Shown here: piece after piece, positions 29,500-40,374 of the stretch
Layout: each line of letters opens with the position of its first letter
Numbering within the stretch: the first letter of the stretch is position 1
Assembly (NCBI GenBank): GCA_963749655.1
Contig: CAVVOB010000034.1
Span: 1 to 48,677, forward strand
Length of the DNA: 48,677 nt
Source: Nitrospirota bacterium
Lineage (GTDB): Bacteria; Nitrospirota; UBA9217
Reading direction: 5' to 3'
Translations under genes and position numbers: made by a program
Notes under the pieces: model-generated
What the model saw: the letters and a program-made list of their open reading frames with translations, nothing else
What the model was told of the DNA's origin: nothing
Databases searched by the model: none

Positions 29500-30252
29500 G
29501 TGAACAAAGTATTTTCGCGTCCAACCAGTTTAAAGAGCACCCCGTTCCGCTACTGCCCCGGCTGCAGCCACGGTGTTTTGCACAGGATTGTCGCCGAAAC
29601 GATCGATGCTCTCGATATCCGGTCCCGGACGATCGGCATTGCTCCCGTCGGCTGCGCTGTCTTCGCCTACGATTATCTGGATATCGACATGATAGAAGTT
29701 CCCCATGGCAGGCCGCCGGCCATCGCTACGGGCATGAAGCGGACGAGGCCGGAATGCGTGGTTTTCAGTTATCAGGGTGACGGCGACCTCGCTGCCATCG
29801 GAACGTCCGAGATTGTCCACGCCGCAGCGCGGGGCGAGAACATCACCGTGATCTTCGTCAACAACGGCAACTACGGCATGACCGGCGGACAAATGGCGCC
29901 CACCACGCTGCTCGGGCAGAAAACGACGACCACTCCCGGCGGTCGGGATGCCCGCACGGCGGGAAGCCCCGTCAGGGTCTGTGAAATGCTGTCTACACTC
30001 GACGGGCCGACCTATATCGAGCGGGTGTCTCTGGACAGCCCCGCCCATGTGCTCACCGCAAAAAAAGCCATCAGGAAGGCATTCAGGAACCAGATCGAAG
30101 GACTGGGTTTTTCTTTTGTCGAAGCATTGTCCATGTGCCCCACGGACTGGGGGATGACACCCTTCCAGGCGGTTGACTGGGTGCGAAACCGCATGATCGC
30201 ATACTATCCGCTCGGGGTGTATAAGGATACGGGCGCGGGCCCTAAGGATTGA
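29500..30252 (+). CDS. 2-oxoacid:ferredoxin oxidoreductase beta subunit (TPP-binding)
   Basis: YCPGCSHG, PVGC, HGR, YQGDGDL, NNGNYGMTGGQMAPTT, CPTDW. Confidence 0.92.
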   Translation: MNKVFSRPTSLKSTPFRYCPGCSHGVLHRIVAETIDALDIRSRTIGIAPVGCAVFAYDYLDIDMIEVPHGRPPAIATGMKRTRPECVVFSYQGDGDLAAIGTSEIVHAAARGENITVIFVNNGNYGMTGGQMAPTTLLGQKTTTTPGGRDARTAGSPVRVCEMLSTLDGPTYIERVSLDSPAHVLTAKKAIRKAFRNQIEGLGFSFVEALSMCPTDWGMTPFQAVDWVRNRMIAYYPLGVYKDTGAGPKD

Positions 30253-30286
30253 AAACAGACAATCGGCGAACAGGAGCAGCGTAACC

Positions 30287-30829
30287 ATGTACCAGGATGT
30301 GATGATTGCGGGATTCGGAGGGCAGGGCGTGCTGGTTGCGGGAAAATTACTCGCCTATGCCGGTATGCTTGAAGGCAGGCACGTGACGTGGTTTCCGTCC
30401 TATGGCGCCGAGATTCGCGGCGGAACAGCGAATTGCACCGTCATCATATCAAGCGATGAGATCGGGTCGCCCGTGGTCCAGCATCCTTCGGCCTTGGTAA
30501 TTTTTAATGAAGCCTCCTTTGATAAATTCGAGAAGCGGATACAGCCGGGCGGTCGTCTTTTTTTGAACACCTCCCTTGTTCATGCTCCTTCTCAAAGGCC
30601 GGACGTCGCCCTGATCGAGGTGCGTGCGAACGACATCGCCGAAGAACTCGGAGACAGCCGTATTTCGAACATGGTGATGCTCGGGGCATTGCTGAAACAG
30701 ACAGGGATCGTTGCCATGGAATCGGTCCTCGCCGCACTGAAGGAGGTCCTTCCCCGTCGCAGGCACTCGCTGATCCCGCTGAATGAGGCCGCTCTGAAAC
30801 GGGGCGCAGAAGTATGCGTCGGCAATTAG
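30287..30829 (+). CDS. 2-oxoacid:ferredoxin oxidoreductase gamma subunit
   Basis: IAGFGGQG, PSYGAEIRGGTANC, NMVMLGA. Confidence 0.92.
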   Translation: MYQDVMIAGFGGQGVLVAGKLLAYAGMLEGRHVTWFPSYGAEIRGGTANCTVIISSDEIGSPVVQHPSALVIFNEASFDKFEKRIQPGGRLFLNTSLVHAPSQRPDVALIEVRANDIAEELGDSRISNMVMLGALLKQTGIVAMESVLAALKEVLPRRRHSLIPLNEAALKRGAEVCVGN

Positions 30830-31125
30830 GCCGCGGCCGCCGGTCACGGTGACGATGAGCATGTTCCTGGCCCCTTTCGGGCTTCTCTCCGCAGGTTGAG
30901 TCGTTCCGTTGCTGTTTCTTCACCGGCATTGTTTCTCCTTTTCGGGTCCCTTTAGGCTGCCGCGCAGCCCTGCCATGCCTCCTGTTTCCCTCTCATCAGA
31001 CGTAAAATGCCGCTCTGTGCTCAAAAAACGCACTCTTCAGTGCTCATTGATAAGTATTACCTTGACTTTTAGCCCCTGTTTTTGGTAATATTTTTTTGCA
31101 TCGGTTTGATAACACAAGAAAATTT

Positions 31126-33057
31126 ATGAATAAAGAACCCTCCGAAATAGCCAAGCTGACGGAGCGTATTTCCAAGGATCCCAAGTCGAAACTTTTTGTC
31201 CCTCTTGCGGAAGAGTACAAAAAAGACGGGGACATAGAGATGGCTATTCATGTGCTGTCTGAGGGTCTCAAGCACAATCCCGGATACGTCACCGCAAGGT
31301 CCATTCTTGGGAGACTCCTGTTTGATAAAGGGGATTATGAAGGGGCTCGGAAAGAATTCGAAGAGGTTGTAAAGGCGATTCCCGACAACCTTCTGGCGCA
31401 GAGAAAACTGGGGGATGTGTACGCATTAAAAAACAGCAAGGACGAGGCTCTCTTACACTATAAAATAGCGGCGGCACTCAATCCCGGGGATGAAGAGCTT
31501 TCCTCACTGATGGCCGAAATCGAAGCCGAACGCGACGTGCATACGCGGATCCTGCAGCAGAAGCCCCGGCCTGCATCCGAACCTGTCACGGGACGGGACA
31601 AGCAACCGCCCCCTTCTTTAAAACCAAAAGCCAAACCGGAATTTTCGCCGCCGGAGACTGCCGCGCCAGCAGCACTCAAGGGGCCGGCGGCTTCCGCAGC
31701 ATCCAAACCCGGACCTGCTCCCCGGGAGGCAGCCGCGCCCGTTCAGCCGGCACCCGAGAAACCTGATCATGCTGCAAAACGTCAGAAGACTGAGGGCGAG
31801 AATGCCCCGGCTGGCCAGGGCGGAGCGGTTGAATTCCTGAAAACATCGGGACCGTCCGCTCCGTCCCAGAGCGGCGGCACCGATTCAGCGGGTTTGCAGG
31901 AGGTGCGTGAGGAACCCGAGGAAATTCTGTTCGTTGAGCCGATTGAAGACGAAGTCCCGGCGAAAGAGGAAACGGTATCCGGTTTTGACGCCGGTGTCTT
32001 TGAGACGTTCGAACGCACCCCCGAGAAAGCAGAGGAACATGTCGTTGGTGCGACCGGGGATGTATCCGAAGTATTGAAAGCCGAAACGCCGATCTTTGAC
32101 GAGGCGCAGATTCCCGGCCTCGTTGAAGAGGAAGCGCCTGCGGAAATTGAAGCGGTTCCTGAGATGGCTGCTCCGGAGGAAAGTGTAAAAACTGCGGATC
32201 AGTCAGACGACTTTACCACCGATACGCTTGCCGAGCTGTACATTGCCCAAGGGTTCTTTGAGAAAGCCATCGATATCTATGAACGCATGATGGCCGATCA
32301 TCCTACCAGCCAGGCATTAAAGGACAAACTGGCGCGGGTGCGGGAAATGGCGTCGTTCGAGGAGCCGCAGGAGCAGAAACAGGAGTCCCCGGCTGCTTCT
32401 GACAACGTTCCTGCAGGAGCTGGTACCGGTCAGAAAAAGTATTCGCCGCCGGCGGCTCAGATGTCAGAGGAAGAGGATCTGACCCCCAAGAGGGCAAAAG
32501 CGGAAGCTGCCGATTTTCTCAGTGAAGCAGTAGAGTATGTGCCGCCTCCCTCAGTACCCGAGGATGAAATCCTGACCATCGATGCCGTGGAGGTGGATCC
32601 CGAACACGCCGTCCACCCCCAAGGGGGCGCTGCGCTATCAGAAGAGACGGCACTACCGGAAGAGGAAGACATCACCCTGGATGCGGAGTTGTTCGTCGAA
32701 CACGAGGAACCGGCGGCGCCCAAGAAGGCGACCGGGAAAAGGTCGCCGGACTCTGTTTTCGCCGAGCGGGAAGAATCAAAACCGCAGGAGGACCTCTCCC
32801 CGCCGGCACCGCGGAAGGCCCAGCCAGTTGAAGAGGGGTCGAGTGAGGCGTCATTCGATATATTCATGACTTCTCCCGCGCAGAAGTCCGGCATAAGACC
32901 GCTCTATACTGATTTCGAGCCGCGGGAATACGTTCCTCCCGCTGCCGAGCCCGCTGGCGATGCGGTGCAGGCCGCTCCGGCTCCTTCGATTGCATCACGA
33001 AAAGAAACGCTTGATCGTCTGGAAACCTGGTTGAAGAACATCAGGAAGGAGAAATAA
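31126..33057 (+). CDS. TPR protein with long Pro/Glu-rich low-complexity regions
   Basis: N-terminal TPRs (LFVPLAEEY...ARSILGRL...LAQRKLGD); internal TPR TDTLAELYIAQG; C-terminal RLETWLKNI helix. Confidence 0.85.
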   Translation: MNKEPSEIAKLTERISKDPKSKLFVPLAEEYKKDGDIEMAIHVLSEGLKHNPGYVTARSILGRLLFDKGDYEGARKEFEEVVKAIPDNLLAQRKLGDVYALKNSKDEALLHYKIAAALNPGDEELSSLMAEIEAERDVHTRILQQKPRPASEPVTGRDKQPPPSLKPKAKPEFSPPETAAPAALKGPAASAASKPGPAPREAAAPVQPAPEKPDHAAKRQKTEGENAPAGQGGAVEFLKTSGPSAPSQSGGTDSAGLQEVREEPEEILFVEPIEDEVPAKEETVSGFDAGVFETFERTPEKAEEHVVGATGDVSEVLKAETPIFDEAQIPGLVEEEAPAEIEAVPEMAAPEESVKTADQSDDFTTDTLAELYIAQGFFEKAIDIYERMMADHPTSQALKDKLARVREMASFEEPQEQKQESPAASDNVPAGAGTGQKKYSPPAAQMSEEEDLTPKRAKAEAADFLSEAVEYVPPPSVPEDEILTIDAVEVDPEHAVHPQGGAALSEETALPEEEDITLDAELFVEHEEPAAPKKATGKRSPDSVFAEREESKPQEDLSPPAPRKAQPVEEGSSEASFDIFMTSPAQKSGIRPLYTDFEPREYVPPAAEPAGDAVQAAPAPSIASRKETLDRLETWLKNIRKEK

Positions 33058-33414
33058 ATGCCCTTTTCCGACATCCTGAAGGAAGTGGTGAACGGCACGG
33101 AAGGGGCTTTGGGCGCCCTCATTGTCGGACTGGACGGAATTCCCGTAGAAGAATACTCTGTAGACAAGGAGATAGACCTGCAGTCCATGACCGTCGAATA
33201 CTCATCCTTGCTGAAGGAGATCGAAAAGGGATCCCAGGCGGCCCAGATGGGAACGACCAAGGAGGTCACGGTCATTGCGGACAAGGCCATGATCATGCTC
33301 CGCAGGCTGAATGACGAATATTTTTTCGTACTGATCATCAAACCTGAAGGTAATTTCGGAAAGGGAAGATTTCTTCTCCGGATGTCCGTTCCGAAACTGC
33401 TCAGGGAATTCTAA
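33058..33414 (+). CDS. Roadblock/LC7 domain protein (MglB/MglC-like)
   Basis: [16 protein letters not shown]...[11 protein letters not shown]; 118 aa; translationally coupled to the TPR gene. Confidence 0.85.
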   Translation: MPFSDILKEVVNGTEGALGALIVGLDGIPVEEYSVDKEIDLQSMTVEYSSLLKEIEKGSQAAQMGTTKEVTVIADKAMIMLRRLNDEYFFVLIIKPEGNFGKGRFLLRMSVPKLLREF

Positions 33415-33491
33415 GACGGGAGCTCGCTGTACGCTGTTCCCGGTGCACCTCAAACTGCCTCAGGCAGTTTTTTATTTTGTATGGGGGATTC

Positions 33492-33941
33492 ATGAAGATA
33501 CTGGTCATAAACGGACCGAACCTCAATCTCCTCGGAAAGCGAGAACCCGAGATTTACGGATCGTTTACGCTGGAGAATATCAATGAACGTATCAGGGCGC
33601 TTGCTGCAGAGCTCGGCGTCGAAGTCTCTTTTTTCCAGTCGAACCACGAGGGGGAACTGGTCCAGAAAATTCATGAGGCGATGGGAATGGTACATGCTAT
33701 CGTGATCAACCCCGGAGCCTATACTCATACGAGCATCGCGATTCGCGACGCGATCTCATCGACAGGCATTCCGACGATCGAGACGCACATCTCCAATATC
33801 TACCGGCGCGAGGAGTTCCGAAAGCATTCCTACATTTCGGGCGTTGCCGTCGGTCAGATCGCCGGCTTCGGGCCGGACAGCTATCTGCTTGCGCTCAGAG
33901 CGGCTGTTGGGCTCGCCGCCGGCGGCAGAATCGGAAAATAA
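33492..33941 (+). CDS. aroQ: Type II 3-dehydroquinate dehydratase
   Basis: [36 protein letters not shown]. Confidence 0.97.
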   Translation: MKILVINGPNLNLLGKREPEIYGSFTLENINERIRALAAELGVEVSFFQSNHEGELVQKIHEAMGMVHAIVINPGAYTHTSIAIRDAISSTGIPTIETHISNIYRREEFRKHSYISGVAVGQIAGFGPDSYLLALRAAVGLAAGGRIGK

Positions 33942-33943
33942 TA

Positions 33944-35032
33944 ATGAAGCGAAGACCGGAACAGCTGAGACAGATGAGGCTCAGACAGCTCATGGCCGCT
34001 GAGGGCATTGATGCGTTGATCATCACCCGGCGGGAGGATGTACGCTATCTCACCGGCTTCACCGGCTCGGCAGGATCCCTGCTGGTGGCCGGCGGAAGGC
34101 CCTGTCTGATTACGGATTTCCGGTACAAGCTTCAGGCGCACAAAGAGTCGCCGTCGGTCACGGTGGTCATTCAAAAAAGGGACTTCTACACGGCCCTCCG
34201 TGAGACAGCGGACCGGCGCGGCGTCGATACGCTCTGGTTTGACGAGGCGTCGCTCACGCTCGACGCGGTAAAGAGGCTGAAAGGAACCGGACTTCGTCCC
34301 AAGGGGCACCGCGATCTCGTGAACCGGCTGAGGATGCGCAAGGACCCCCGGGAGCTTTTGCACCTTAGGACGGCCATTCGGAGGGCGGAGGAGTCATTTC
34401 TTGAACTTCTCCGGTACGTTCGGCCCGGCGTGACCGAGCGGGAACTGGGCATCAAGCTCGAGTATCTCATGCGCGACAAAGGCGCCCGAAAGGCGGCGTT
34501 CGACACGATCGTCGCATCCGGCGGCAACGGGGCCATGCCCCATGCAACGCTCACCAACCGCCGGCTGCGGAAGGGCGACCTGGTGACGATCGATTTCGGA
34601 GCCGAGGCCGAGGGGTATTTCAGCGATATAACGAGAACGCTGTGCCTGGGACGGCCCTCGCCCCGGCAGCGTGAGCTGCATGAAATCGTATTGGCTGCCC
34701 AGGCCAGCGCCATGAAACGCATCCGGCCGGGAGTGAACTGCAAGACTGTGGATGATGCGGCGCGGGAAGTCATCCGCAATGCCGGCCATGGCTCGCATTT
34801 CGGCCATGGAACCGGTCACGGCATCGGCCTCATGGTGCATGAAGGTCCGTCGATATCGCCGCTGTCCAGGGACACGGTGGAGGCCGACATGGTCTTTACC
34901 GTAGAGCCGGGCATCTATATCGACGGCTGGGGCGGCATTCGCGTCGAAGACATGGTGCTTTCGACCGCATCGGGAATGAAAGTGCTTACCACGCTTCCCC
35001 GTGAGCTGGATGCCATCGGGAAAATGATGTAA
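33944..35032 (+). CDS. Xaa-Pro peptidase (M24B)
   Basis: YLTGFTGS, IDFGA, SDITRT, HGTGHGIGL, TVEPGIY, GIRVED. Confidence 0.93.
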   Translation: MKRRPEQLRQMRLRQLMAAEGIDALIITRREDVRYLTGFTGSAGSLLVAGGRPCLITDFRYKLQAHKESPSVTVVIQKRDFYTALRETADRRGVDTLWFDEASLTLDAVKRLKGTGLRPKGHRDLVNRLRMRKDPRELLHLRTAIRRAEESFLELLRYVRPGVTERELGIKLEYLMRDKGARKAAFDTIVASGGNGAMPHATLTNRRLRKGDLVTIDFGAEAEGYFSDITRTLCLGRPSPRQRELHEIVLAAQASAMKRIRPGVNCKTVDDAAREVIRNAGHGSHFGHGTGHGIGLMVHEGPSISPLSRDTVEADMVFTVEPGIYIDGWGGIRVEDMVLSTASGMKVLTTLPRELDAIGKMM

Positions 35033-35110
35033 TCGCGTCGGATTGCTTCAACCTCCGGCAGAATGACACAAACGACAGAGTCGGATTGATGAAAGGGAGG
35101 TAGTAAGAAA

Positions 35111-35677
35111 GTGCCTGTATCGACAGCTGAGTTCAGAACGGGATTGAAAATCGAGATTGACGGCGAGCCTTATGTTATCGTGGATTTCCAGCACGTCAAG
35201 CCGGGAAAAGGCGGAGCGTTCGTAAGGACCAAGATCAAAAGCCTCAAGTCGGGGAATGTGATCGACCGGACCTACCGTTCGGGAGAAAAGGTGGACCTGC
35301 CCGAGCTGGAGGAAAAAACCATGCAGTATCTGTATGCAGCGGACAAGGACCGCGTGTTCATGGATACGGCAAACTACGAGCAGATTTCCATGAATGAGCA
35401 GCAGCTCGGCGACAGCATCAGCTATCTCAAGGAAAACATGGAGATCAAGGTCCTTTATCACAAGGGGAAACCGATCAATATCGATATCCCCATGTTCGTT
35501 GAGCTTGTCATCGCCAGGACGGACCCGGGCGTGCGCGGCGATACGGCGTCCGGCGGATCCAAACCGGCCACGCTGGAAACCGGGGCCGTTGTCAAGGTTC
35601 CCTTCTACCTGAATGAAGGGGATGTGATCAAGATCGATACGCGAACGGGAACATTCATCGAGCGTGTCAAAAAGTAG
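35111..35677 (+). CDS. efp: Elongation factor P
   Basis: [27 protein letters not shown]; GGGAGG RBS. Confidence 0.97.
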   Translation: MPVSTAEFRTGLKIEIDGEPYVIVDFQHVKPGKGGAFVRTKIKSLKSGNVIDRTYRSGEKVDLPELEEKTMQYLYAADKDRVFMDTANYEQISMNEQQLGDSISYLKENMEIKVLYHKGKPINIDIPMFVELVIARTDPGVRGDTASGGSKPATLETGAVVKVPFYLNEGDVIKIDTRTGTFIERVKK

Positions 35678-35711
35678 CGGGACGACATCCGGTCTGGCCA
35701 AAGGAGCAATC

Positions 35712-36182
35712 ATGAACCTTAAAGAAATTAAGGAACTGATAGAAATTCTCAAAAACACCGACGTCTCGGAACTGGAAGTCGAGCGTTCGGGCGTGAAAGT
35801 GCGTATCCGCAAGGGCGGCGACGTCACGTTCCACCCCGCCATGCCGCGGATGGAATATCCGCCGGCGGCCCTTGTCGCTCCGGCAATTGCGGAGGCCCCC
35901 GCTCCGGCGGCGGAAAAACCGGCTGAGCCCCCGAGATCGAACCAGATCAAGGTGACCTCGCCGATCGTCGGCACCTTTTATCGATCCAGCTCTCCGGACA
36001 AGCCGGCTTACGCGGAAGTGGGCGACATCGTGAAAAAGGGGCAGGTGCTCTGCATCATCGAGGCGATGAAGCTCATGAACGAGATCGAGTCGGAGGCCCC
36101 CGGCAGGATCGTTCAGATCCTGGTGGAGAACGGGCAGCCCGTCGAGTTCGGGCAGCCGCTTTTCGTCATCGAACCGGTATGA
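35712..36182 (+). CDS. accB: Acetyl-CoA carboxylase biotin carboxyl carrier protein
   Basis: SPIVGTFY and the biotinylation motif EAMKLMNE. Confidence 0.96.
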   Translation: MNLKEIKELIEILKNTDVSELEVERSGVKVRIRKGGDVTFHPAMPRMEYPPAALVAPAIAEAPAPAAEKPAEPPRSNQIKVTSPIVGTFYRSSSPDKPAYAEVGDIVKKGQVLCIIEAMKLMNEIESEAPGRIVQILVENGQPVEFGQPLFVIEPV

Positions 36183-36188
36183 CGCGGC

Positions 36189-36210
36189 TTCGAAATTCGA
36201 ATTTCGGGAT
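36189..36210. repeat. Short heptamer array (ttcgaaa-ttcgaat-ttcggga)
   Basis: Three degenerate 7-mers between accB and accC. Confidence 0.55.
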
Positions 36211-36230
36211 CTATCCCATGGGGTGTTTGC

Positions 36231-37577
36231 GTGTTTAAAAAAATATTGATTGCCAATCGCGGCGAGATCGCACTGAGGATCATCCGCGCGTGCAAGGAGA
36301 TGGGCATCCTGACCGTCGCGGTGCATTCGACGGCAGACGCCAACTCGCTGCATGTCCGTTTTGCCGATCAGAGCGTCTGCATCGGGCCGCCCAAAAGCGC
36401 CGACAGCTACCTCAATGTTCCCAGCATCATCAGCGCGGCGGAGATCACGGATACGGAGGCCATCCATCCCGGTTACGGCTTCCTGGCGGAGAACTCCAGC
36501 TTCGCGGAGGTGTGCAACTCCACGGGGATCCGCTTCATCGGTCCCAGCCCGGACAGCATCAAGCTCATGGGCGACAAGGCCAAGGCACGGGAAACGGCAC
36601 AGAAGGCGGGCGTGCCGGTGCTTCCCGGCAGCAAGGGCGTCGTGACCGAGGAAAGCAGCGCGATCGAAATAGCGCGGGAACTGGGCTTCCCCGTCATTGT
36701 CAAGGCGGCGGCGGGCGGCGGCGGCAAGGGCATGCGCGTGGTCATGCAGGAGGCCGATTTTGCCAATGCCTTCGTCATGGCCCAGGCCGAGGCGCTTGCG
36801 GCGTTCAGCAATGCCGATGTATATATCGAAAAGTACATCCTGAAGCCGCGCCACATCGAGATCCAGATCATGGCCGATGAAAAGGGCAACGTGGTATACC
36901 TCGGCGAGCGCGAATGCTCGATTCAGCGTCGTCATCAGAAGCTGATCGAAGAAGCTCCGTCGGTCATCATCGACGAGGGCCTCCGTAAGCAGATGGGCGA
37001 GATGGCCGTTGCCATAGCCAGGACCGTCCGGTACCGCAACGCAGGGACCATCGAGTTCCTGATGGACGAGAACAAAAAATTCTATTTTATGGAGATGAAC
37101 ACCCGCATCCAGGTGGAGCATCCCGTGACCGAGATGGTTACGGGGATCGACCTCGTGAAAGAGCAGATCCGCGTCGCTGCCGGGCTTCCGCTCTCCCTCA
37201 AGCAAGACCAGATCCGGGTGAAGGGGCACAGCATTGAATGCAGGATCAATGCCGAGGATCCCGACACCTTCACCCCGTCGCCGGGTACCATTACGGCCTT
37301 TAACCCGCCGGGCGGACTCGGCGTGAGGGTGGAAACGGCGTCGTACACGCAGTACGTGATCCCGCCCTACTACGATTCCATGATCGCCAAGCTGATCGTG
37401 CATGCGGACACGAGGGATGAAGCCATCATGCGGATGCGGCGTTCGCTCGACGAGTTCATCATCGAAGGAATCAAGACGACGATTCCCATGCACAAAAAGA
37501 TCCTTGCAGATTCCGATTTCCAAAAAGGCGACATTTCCACCAAGTTCATGGAGAGGTACCTCAATTCGCCGAAATGA
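36231..37577 (+). CDS. accC: Biotin carboxylase
   Basis: [44 protein letters not shown]. Confidence 0.97.
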   Translation: MFKKILIANRGEIALRIIRACKEMGILTVAVHSTADANSLHVRFADQSVCIGPPKSADSYLNVPSIISAAEITDTEAIHPGYGFLAENSSFAEVCNSTGIRFIGPSPDSIKLMGDKAKARETAQKAGVPVLPGSKGVVTEESSAIEIARELGFPVIVKAAAGGGGKGMRVVMQEADFANAFVMAQAEALAAFSNADVYIEKYILKPRHIEIQIMADEKGNVVYLGERECSIQRRHQKLIEEAPSVIIDEGLRKQMGEMAVAIARTVRYRNAGTIEFLMDENKKFYFMEMNTRIQVEHPVTEMVTGIDLVKEQIRVAAGLPLSLKQDQIRVKGHSIECRINAEDPDTFTPSPGTITAFNPPGGLGVRVETASYTQYVIPPYYDSMIAKLIVHADTRDEAIMRMRRSLDEFIIEGIKTTIPMHKKILADSDFQKGDISTKFMERYLNSPK

Positions 37578-38223
37578 CATCAAGGGACTCTGCCTGATCC
37601 TGGATCATGACTTGCTGCGGGACAGCGCGGAACAGGTCATGGTGCGGGCCCATGCCGCAGGGGTTGTTTTCTTTCAATACCGCGCCAAGAACAGAACGAG
37701 AAGGAACATTTACGAAACAGCCCTGGGTCTTGCCCGGACCGCACGCGATCTGGGGGCACTCTTCATGGTGAACGACCACGCCGATATCGCAGCGGCTGTC
37801 GGGGCTGACGGCGTCCATCTGGGACAGGACGACCTTTCCCTGCGAGAAGCCCGGATGGTACTCGGCCGGGATAAAATCATCGGTATTTCCACACACAGCC
37901 TCGATCAAGCAATAGAAGCCGACCGTTCAGGCGCCGACTATATCGGGTTTGGACCGATCTTCCCGACGTCCACGAAAGATGCGGGAAAATGCCAAGGTGC
38001 AGCAGGCATCGAACAGATTAAAAGGTCCGTCAACATCCCGGTCATTGCCATCGGCGGCATAGGCCACGCAAACGTTCAAGAGGTCATCCGGCACGGCGCC
38101 GACGGCGTTGCAGTGATCTCTGCCCTGCTTTCGGCGACGGACCTGTCGCGGGCAGCTGCGGATATGGTTGCCCTGATCGAGCAGGCCAGGTCCGGGATTT
38201 CATCAGGGGGAGGGAGAGTATGA
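37574..38223 (+). CDS. thiE: Thiamine-phosphate synthase (start ATG one base out of frame)
   Basis: [45 protein letters not shown]. An ATGA overlap with the accC stop fits if one base is missing. Confidence 0.9.
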
Positions 38224-39314
38224 AAAAGTTTTTTTCGGTCATAGCTCTGTGCATGATATTCGGGTGCACCACGCAGGACGCCAATGTGATCAAGGTCGGC
38301 GCCGCCGGACCCATGACAGGCGATCAGAGCAAGATGGGGATCGACCTGAGGAACGGTGTGGAACTCGCGGTCGCGGAATGGAACGAGAAGGGGGGCCTTC
38401 TCGGGAAGAAGATCCAGCTGATCGCCGGCGATGACCAGGCAGACCCGAAACAGGCCGTTTCGATCGCAAATAAGTTCGTGAACCAGAAAGTGACCGCCGT
38501 CGTAGGCCACTGGAATTCGAACTGCTCCATCAATGCAGCACCCTACTATGACGCTGCCAAGATCGTCGCCATAAGTCCTGCTTCGACGAATCCCCGTCTT
38601 ACCCGCCAGGGGTACAAGACCATCTATCGTGTGTGCGGCACCGATGACCAGCAGGGCGCCGTGGCAGCAGAGTTCGTGCTGAAGACCGTGAAACCGAAGC
38701 GGGTGGCTGTTCTGCACGATAAGACGACCTACGGCCAGGGTCTGGCCGATTATTTCAAGAATGCGGTTCAGGACAAGGTTCAGGTCGTGTTTTACGACGG
38801 CATTCAGACGAAGGACCCGGATTACAAGGCAGTCCTGACCGCGATCAAGGAAAAGAAGCCGGACATTTACTTTTTCGGCGGTGTGTACCCCGAAGCCGGC
38901 AGGCTGGTGCGTCAGTCCAAGGAAATCGGCATGATCATACCCATGATCACCGGCGACGGCGTTTATGATCCGACGTTCATCAGCATTGCCGGCAAAGCAG
39001 CCGAGGGGACCTACGTGACCTTCGGAAAAGACCCCTCGGGGCTGCCCACCTCAAAATCGTTCAACGAAAAGTACACGGCGAAATACGGCGCACCGGGGCC
39101 CTATTCTATTTACGCCTATGACGCAGCCAACATCATTCTGACAGCCATACAGCAGACCGGGTCCACGGAGGGGCTGAAGCTCGCGGCGTACATATCGGCC
39201 AACACGTTCAAGGGGGCCTTCGGCGACATTTCGTTCGATAAGAACGGGGACGTGACCAAGGCGCCCTACGTCGTCTGGCAGGTTATGGACGGGAAGTTTG
39301 TCGAAGTAAAATAA
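38220..39314 (+). CDS. livK: Branched-chain amino acid ABC transporter substrate-binding lipoprotein
   Basis: Lipobox-like FGC, GPMTG, DDQADPKQA, GHWNS, HDKTTYGQG, YAYDAA. Confidence 0.88.
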   Translation: MKKFFSVIALCMIFGCTTQDANVIKVGAAGPMTGDQSKMGIDLRNGVELAVAEWNEKGGLLGKKIQLIAGDDQADPKQAVSIANKFVNQKVTAVVGHWNSNCSINAAPYYDAAKIVAISPASTNPRLTRQGYKTIYRVCGTDDQQGAVAAEFVLKTVKPKRVAVLHDKTTYGQGLADYFKNAVQDKVQVVFYDGIQTKDPDYKAVLTAIKEKKPDIYFFGGVYPEAGRLVRQSKEIGMIIPMITGDGVYDPTFISIAGKAAEGTYVTFGKDPSGLPTSKSFNEKYTAKYGAPGPYSIYAYDAANIILTAIQQTGSTEGLKLAAYISANTFKGAFGDISFDKNGDVTKAPYVVWQVMDGKFVEVK

Positions 39315-39329
39315 CAGGCAGGGTTCTCC

Positions 39330-40232
39330 ATGTTCGTTCAGCAGCTTATCAACGGTCTGGCCCTGGGCGCGGTCTATGCGCTTATCGCACTCGGCTACAC
39401 CATGGTCTACGGGATACTCCAGCTCATCAACTTCGCCCACGGTGAAGTGTACATGCTGGGAGCGTACCTCGGCATCATCGTCCTCGGCGTCCTGACGTAC
39501 CTGGGATTGACCGCCTACAGCATCCCGCTCGCTCTCCTGGTCACGATCATCGTGTCCATGGCCTTTTGTGCGGCCTACGGCGCGGTGATTGAGCGAGTCG
39601 CCTACCGCCCGCTCAGGAACGCGACCAAGCTGGCGCCCTTGATCAGCGCCGTCGGCATGTCGATCATTCTTCAGAATGTCGTGATGCTTGCGCAGGGCAA
39701 GGAGTACAAGAATCTTCCGCCACTCCTCCCGTCGGAGGGCATCATTATACTCGGGGCGAACGTTTCTCCGGTCCAGATTTTTGTCCTCCTCTCGTCCATC
39801 CTGCTCATGATCGTGCTCCACCTGTTCGTCGCCAGAACGAAACTGGGGAAAGCCATGCGCGCCACTTCCCAGGACCGCGTCATGGCGGGCCTTGTGGGGA
39901 TCAACATCAACCAGGTCATTTCGGTCACCTTTATGATCGGCTCATCGCTTGCCGCTGTTGCGGGCGTCATGGTGACGCTCTATTACGGCGTTGTGCATTT
40001 TTTCATGGGCTACCTCGCCGGCATCAAGGCCTTTACCGCTGCTGTCCTCGGCGGCATCGGGAGCATACCCGGCGCCATGCTCGGCGGTTTCATGCTGGGG
40101 CTCATCGAGAACTTCGGCGCAAGCTACATTTCGAGCGTGTACAAGGACGCCTTTGCCTTTATCGTGCTCATCGTGACGCTCATCATTCGACCTGCGGGGC
40201 TGCTGGGGCAGAAGACAGTGGATAAAGTATAG
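39330..40232 (+). CDS. livH: Branched-chain amino acid ABC transporter permease LivH
   Basis: QQLINGL, ALGYTMVYGILQLINFAHG, KAFTAAVLGGIG, RPAGLLG. Confidence 0.93.
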   Translation: MFVQQLINGLALGAVYALIALGYTMVYGILQLINFAHGEVYMLGAYLGIIVLGVLTYLGLTAYSIPLALLVTIIVSMAFCAAYGAVIERVAYRPLRNATKLAPLISAVGMSIILQNVVMLAQGKEYKNLPPLLPSEGIIILGANVSPVQIFVLLSSILLMIVLHLFVARTKLGKAMRATSQDRVMAGLVGININQVISVTFMIGSSLAAVAGVMVTLYYGVVHFFMGYLAGIKAFTAAVLGGIGSIPGAMLGGFMLGLIENFGASYISSVYKDAFAFIVLIVTLIIRPAGLLGQKTVDKV

Positions 40233-40243
40233 CGTTAAAGCAG

Positions 40244-40352
40244 AATCTAAACTTCAAATCCCAAAACACGAAGAAATGTCCAAATACCGAAATGCACTAA
40301 CCAACGGATGGAGCTTAGACCCCTTTATTTGAAATTTGGCGATTGAAATTTG
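40244..40352. repeat. Degenerate inverted heptamer-type repeat (..CAAAT.. / ..ATTTG..)
   Basis: Left side tcaaat-cccaaa, tccaaat-accgaaat; right side atttgaa-atttggcg-attgaa-atttg. Confidence 0.5.
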
Positions 40353-40374
40353 CGGTTTATCCCAGGAGGAATCA

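Noticed and set aside
30830-31045. Minus-strand CTGATGAG...GAAA as a hammerhead ribozyme, and RBS-preceded short ORFs (e.g. MPVKKQQ...)
   Set aside because: Stem II cannot form. The longer ORF runs antisense into the gamma-subunit gene, and none has recognisable features.
37564-37566. ATT start codon for thiE
   Set aside because: An ATG overlapping the accC stop with one missing base is the simpler explanation given the error profile.
35667-37583. Long antisense ORFs (638 aa here; also 11820..13664 and 43912..45240)
   Set aside because: These are shadow frames opposite well-conserved GC-rich genes (accBC, glgP, MgtE-domain gene).
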